DNA of 17,955 nt from assembly GCA_043800755.1 (NCBI GenBank), contig JAZDMQ010000153.1, positions 1 to 17,955 of the forward strand, written 5' to 3'. How positions within the stretch are numbered: position 1 is the stretch's first letter; each line of letters opens with the position of its first letter. Under the pieces are notes generated by a model. It made no database searches and was not told where the DNA came from. It worked only from the letters and a program-made list of their open reading frames with translations. This DNA is from a bacterium (lineage in GTDB: Bacteria; Methylomirabilota; Methylomirabilia; CAVQYV01). This document shows positions 15,123 to 17,955 of this stretch, piece by piece. The position numbers and the translations under genes were made by a program.

Positions 15123-15165
15123 GGGAAAAGGGCCTTCCCGATTCACCCGGGGAGAGGACAATCTT

Positions 15166-16380
15166 TTGCCCCGATTTCGCTACAAGGCCCGAGACAAATA
15201 TGGTGCCGCCATCGTGGGACTGATGGAGGCCGACAGCCAGGGGATCGTGGCCCAACACCTCGCCGATATCGGATATGTCCCCGTCTCCATCAAGATGGAG
15301 GGCCTGGGCTACGATATCGGCAAGGCCTTGGAGCGATATTACCGCATCCGGCCTGAGGACATCGTTGTCTTCAACTATCAACTGGCCACCCTGGTCAAGG
15401 CTGGAATCCCCATCCTCCAGGGCTTCCACGCCCTTACGCAACAGACCACCAATCGCCGGCTGCGGCGGGCGATCATGGAGATCTATCGGCAGATCGAGGC
15501 GGGCTCCTCTCTCTCGGAGGCCTTCGCCAAGCATCCGGCCATCTTCTCCGAGACTTACATCAGCACCATCCGGGCGGGAGAGGCGGGAGGCTTCCTCGAC
15601 GAGGCCCTGGAGAGACTGGCCTCCCTGGCCGAACACGATGCCGAGACGGCCGCCAAGGTCAAAGCCGCCCTCCGCTACCCGACCCTGGTGGTGGCGGTTA
15701 TGGGCCTCGCCTTGTTCATCGTGGGGACCTTCGTCATCCCCCGTTTCGCCCTGCTCTATTCCTCCTTCGGCGCAACCCTTCCCCTGCCCACCCGCATCCT
15801 CATCTCCTTCGGCAAATTTATGCAAAGGTACTGGTTCCTGGTCGTCGGCCTCCTTGCCGGCCTCATCGCCGCCTCTCACCAGTATCTGCGCACTGAAGGG
15901 GGAAGGCTCAGATGGGATTCGCTGAAATTGAATCTCCCCATCTTCGGCCCCATCCTGCTCAAGATCAGCCTCTCCCGTTTCGCCTATATCCTGGGCACCT
16001 TGATTCACAGCGGCATCCCCATCCTGAGGTCCTTGGAGATCGTCGCCCAGGCCGTGGGCAATATCATCCTCCTTCGTGCCGTGGAGGTGATCCGCGATCA
16101 GGTGGAGAAGGGGAGGGCCCTCTCCGAATTGATGGTGGCCAATCCCCTCTTCCCTCCTCTGCTCTCCCACATGGTCGCCATCGGGGAGAAGACGGGCGAC
16201 CTGGATTCCATGTTGCAGAAGGTCTCGGAGCACTACGATATGGAGACCAACTATGCCATCCGTAATCTCAGCTCGACCCTGGAACCCTTCCTCATCCTGG
16301 CGCTGGGCGGAATACTCATCCTCCTGGCTCTCGCCATCTTCCTTCCCCTCTGGAACATGGCCCAGCTCATTCGGAGATGA
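15166..16380 (+). CDS. pilC: Type IV filament inner-membrane platform protein (PilC/GspF/MshG family)
   Basis: MPRFRYKARD start, QLATLVKAGIPI, AGEAGG, ALRYP, GEKTGDL and LEP motifs; three TM segments; TTG start. Confidence 0.95.
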   Translation: MPRFRYKARDKYGAAIVGLMEADSQGIVAQHLADIGYVPVSIKMEGLGYDIGKALERYYRIRPEDIVVFNYQLATLVKAGIPILQGFHALTQQTTNRRLRRAIMEIYRQIEAGSSLSEAFAKHPAIFSETYISTIRAGEAGGFLDEALERLASLAEHDAETAAKVKAALRYPTLVVAVMGLALFIVGTFVIPRFALLYSSFGATLPLPTRILISFGKFMQRYWFLVVGLLAGLIAASHQYLRTEGGRLRWDSLKLNLPIFGPILLKISLSRFAYILGTLIHSGIPILRSLEIVAQAVGNIILLRAVEVIRDQVEKGRALSELMVANPLFPPLLSHMVAIGEKTGDLDSMLQKVSEHYDMETNYAIRNLSSTLEPFLILALGGILILLALAIFLPLWNMAQLIRR

Positions 16381-16458
16381 GGGCAATCTCCCCATTAGAG
16401 GCGGGAGGGAAAAGGGTTTGGTGGACGATCTCAATGAGAAAGGAGGTGAGACGAAACG

Positions 16459-16839
16459 ATGCGCAATCCCCTAACGAATGAGAGAGGCTTCACCCTGATC
16501 GAATTGGTGATCATCCTGATCATCATTGCCGTCCTGGCGGCAGTGGCCATCCCTAAATATGTAGACCTGCGCTCTGAGGCGATCAAGGCCACCTCCAAGG
16601 CAAATCTGGATGCGGCCCGCGCGGCGATCAGCCTGGATTTTGCCTCTCAAACCTTGAGGAGTGGTACCTACAGCTCGGGCCTGACGACCTCCAACATCAC
16701 GACCACCCTGGAAGCGATGATGGACAATGTCCCCAAGTACTCGAGTGGCTTTTTATGGGTGCTGAACGATGCAGGGGGATCCACCAGGCCGGCCAAGGTG
16801 TCGGCCACTCTGGACGGGGTGGATGTGACAACCCTATAA
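16459..16839 (+). CDS. Type IV pilin, MshA-like; probable major pilin
   Basis: ERG|FTLIELVI...AVAIPKYVDLRSEA; perfect AAGGAGGTGA SD (16440-16449); 116 aa mature; no Cys. Confidence 0.9.
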   Translation: MRNPLTNERGFTLIELVIILIIIAVLAAVAIPKYVDLRSEAIKATSKANLDAARAAISLDFASQTLRSGTYSSGLTTSNITTTLEAMMDNVPKYSSGFLWVLNDAGGSTRPAKVSATLDGVDVTTL

Positions 16840-16882
16840 GGCACCACCGGCAGGCCCTCCTCCCACGATTCTTCGGGAAAAT

Positions 16883-16916
16883 CCGTGCCTCCAGCCTTTT
16901 CTTACCGGAGGCACGG
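16883..16916 (-). terminator. Stem-loop between the convergent pilin and uvrA genes; probable terminator
   Basis: Perfect 10-bp stem CCGTGCCTCC/GGAGGCACGG with a 14-nt loop; followed by ATTTT on the minus strand. Confidence 0.55.
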
Positions 16917-16955
16917 GGAGGGTGGGGGCTGTCCCCCTCCAGCGCCACTCCTGCC

Positions 16956-17954
16956 TCAGCTATCCCGAAGGGCCTTGCGGAGGAACTGGCCCGTATAGGA
17001 CCCTCTGGCCCGCGCCACCTCCTCCGGGGTTCCGGCAGCCACTAAGTACCCCCCCTCGTCTCCCCCCTCCGGACCCAGGTCGATCACATAGTCTGCCGTT
17101 TTGATGACATCCAGGTGGTGCTCGATGACCAGGACCGTATTGCCTTCATCGGTGAGGCGATGAAGGACCTCCAGGAGCTGCTGGATGTCGGCGAAATGAA
17201 GGCCCACCGTGGGCTCATCCAGGATATAAAGGGTGCGGCCGGTGCCCCGCTTGCTCAGCTCCTTGGAGAGCTTCACCCGCTGCGCCTCCCCGCCCGAAAG
17301 GGTGGTAGCCGATTGGCCCAACTTGATGTACCCTAACCCCACATCGTTTAGTGTCTTCAGTTTAAACTGAATGGCCGGGATCTTTTCGAAGAACTCCAGG
17401 GCCTGCCTCACCGTCATGTTCAAGACCTCTGCGATGCTCTTCCCTTTGTATTTGATCTCCAGGGTCTCTCGGTTGTAGCGGTCGCCCCGGCAGACATCGC
17501 AGGTCACATAGACATCGGGCAGGAAGTGCATCTCAATCTTGAGGATCCCATCCCCCTGGCACGCCTCACATCGGCCCCCCTTCACATTGAAACTGAACCG
17601 GCCCGGCTTGTATCCCCGCACCCGAGCCTCCGGGGTCAGGGCATACAGCTCCCGGATGAAGCCGAACACCCCGGTGTAGGTGCTGGGATTGGAACGGGGC
17701 GTGCGGCCGATGGGCGACTGATCGATATCGATGACCTTGTCGATATGATCGGCCCCTAAGATTTGCTCGTGCTTCCCCGGCTCCTCTTTCGATCGATAGA
17801 TCCTCCGGTCGAGGGCCTTGCGCAGGATCTCGTTGACCAGGGTGCTCTTCCCCGATCCGGAGACCCCGGTGACGCAGGTGAAAACCCCCAAGGGGATCTC
17901 CACCTCCAGATCCTTCAGATTGTGCTCCCTCGCCCCGAGGATGGTCAGGTAGTT
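16956..17954 (-). CDS. uvrA: Excinuclease ABC subunit A, C-terminal part (5' end outside the window)
   Basis: Frame is open to the window edge ([15 protein letters not shown]); [51 protein letters not shown] and DLGPEGG motifs. Confidence 0.98.
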   Translation of the reverse strand, partial: NYLTILGAREHNLKDLEVEIPLGVFTCVTGVSGSGKSTLVNEILRKALDRRIYRSKEEPGKHEQILGADHIDKVIDIDQSPIGRTPRSNPSTYTGVFGFIRELYALTPEARVRGYKPGRFSFNVKGGRCEACQGDGILKIEMHFLPDVYVTCDVCRGDRYNRETLEIKYKGKSIAEVLNMTVRQALEFFEKIPAIQFKLKTLNDVGLGYIKLGQSATTLSGGEAQRVKLSKELSKRGTGRTLYILDEPTVGLHFADIQQLLEVLHRLTDEGNTVLVIEHHLDVIKTADYVIDLGPEGGDEGGYLVAAGTPEEVARARGSYTGQFLRKALRDS

Positions 17955-17955
17955 G

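Noticed and set aside
10353..16434. Long antisense ORFs (10353-12236, 13764-15161, 15103-16434)
   Set aside because: They lie opposite well-supported genes and have no recognisable motifs; typical shadow ORFs of GC-rich coding DNA.
16459..16839. Electrically conductive (e-pilin) interpretation
   Set aside because: Only 7 aromatic residues in 116 mature residues with long aromatic-free gaps, and no cytochrome genes nearby.
1..17955. CRISPR arrays, IS elements, integrases, tRNA/rRNA genes
   Set aside because: No regularly spaced repeats, transposase/integrase motifs or structural RNA gene signatures were seen.

Overview
This is a GC-rich bacterial chromosomal window with two divergent blocks. 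The minus strand carries a polyamine operon (pyruvoyl AdoMet decarboxylase speD, a Thermus-type GGGEG aminopropyltransferase speE, and a Bacillus-SpeA-type PLP arginine/lysine/ornithine decarboxylase), followed by secD and secF with no yajC. The plus strand carries an O-antigen-ligase/TPR membrane protein and a type IV filament cluster: two tandem GspG-like prepilins (the second with Ig/FN3-type cargo domains), a PilM-PilN fusion, PilO, a PilP-like protein, a stand-alone receiver protein, a PilB/GspE ATPase, a PilC/GspF platform and an MshA-like pilin. No secretin, prepilin peptidase or PilT is present in the window. The 3' part of uvrA converges from the right edge. The most unusual element is the ~350-nt putative 5' leader of speD. 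It holds a multibranch RNA structure followed by a strong Shine-Dalgarno driving an AUG-UAG start-stop ORF, whose readthrough frame is an Arg-rich 44-codon ORF ending just before the speD RBS. This is a candidate polyamine-responsive translational control element. All calls are from motif recognition by eye; no searches or folding programs were run.
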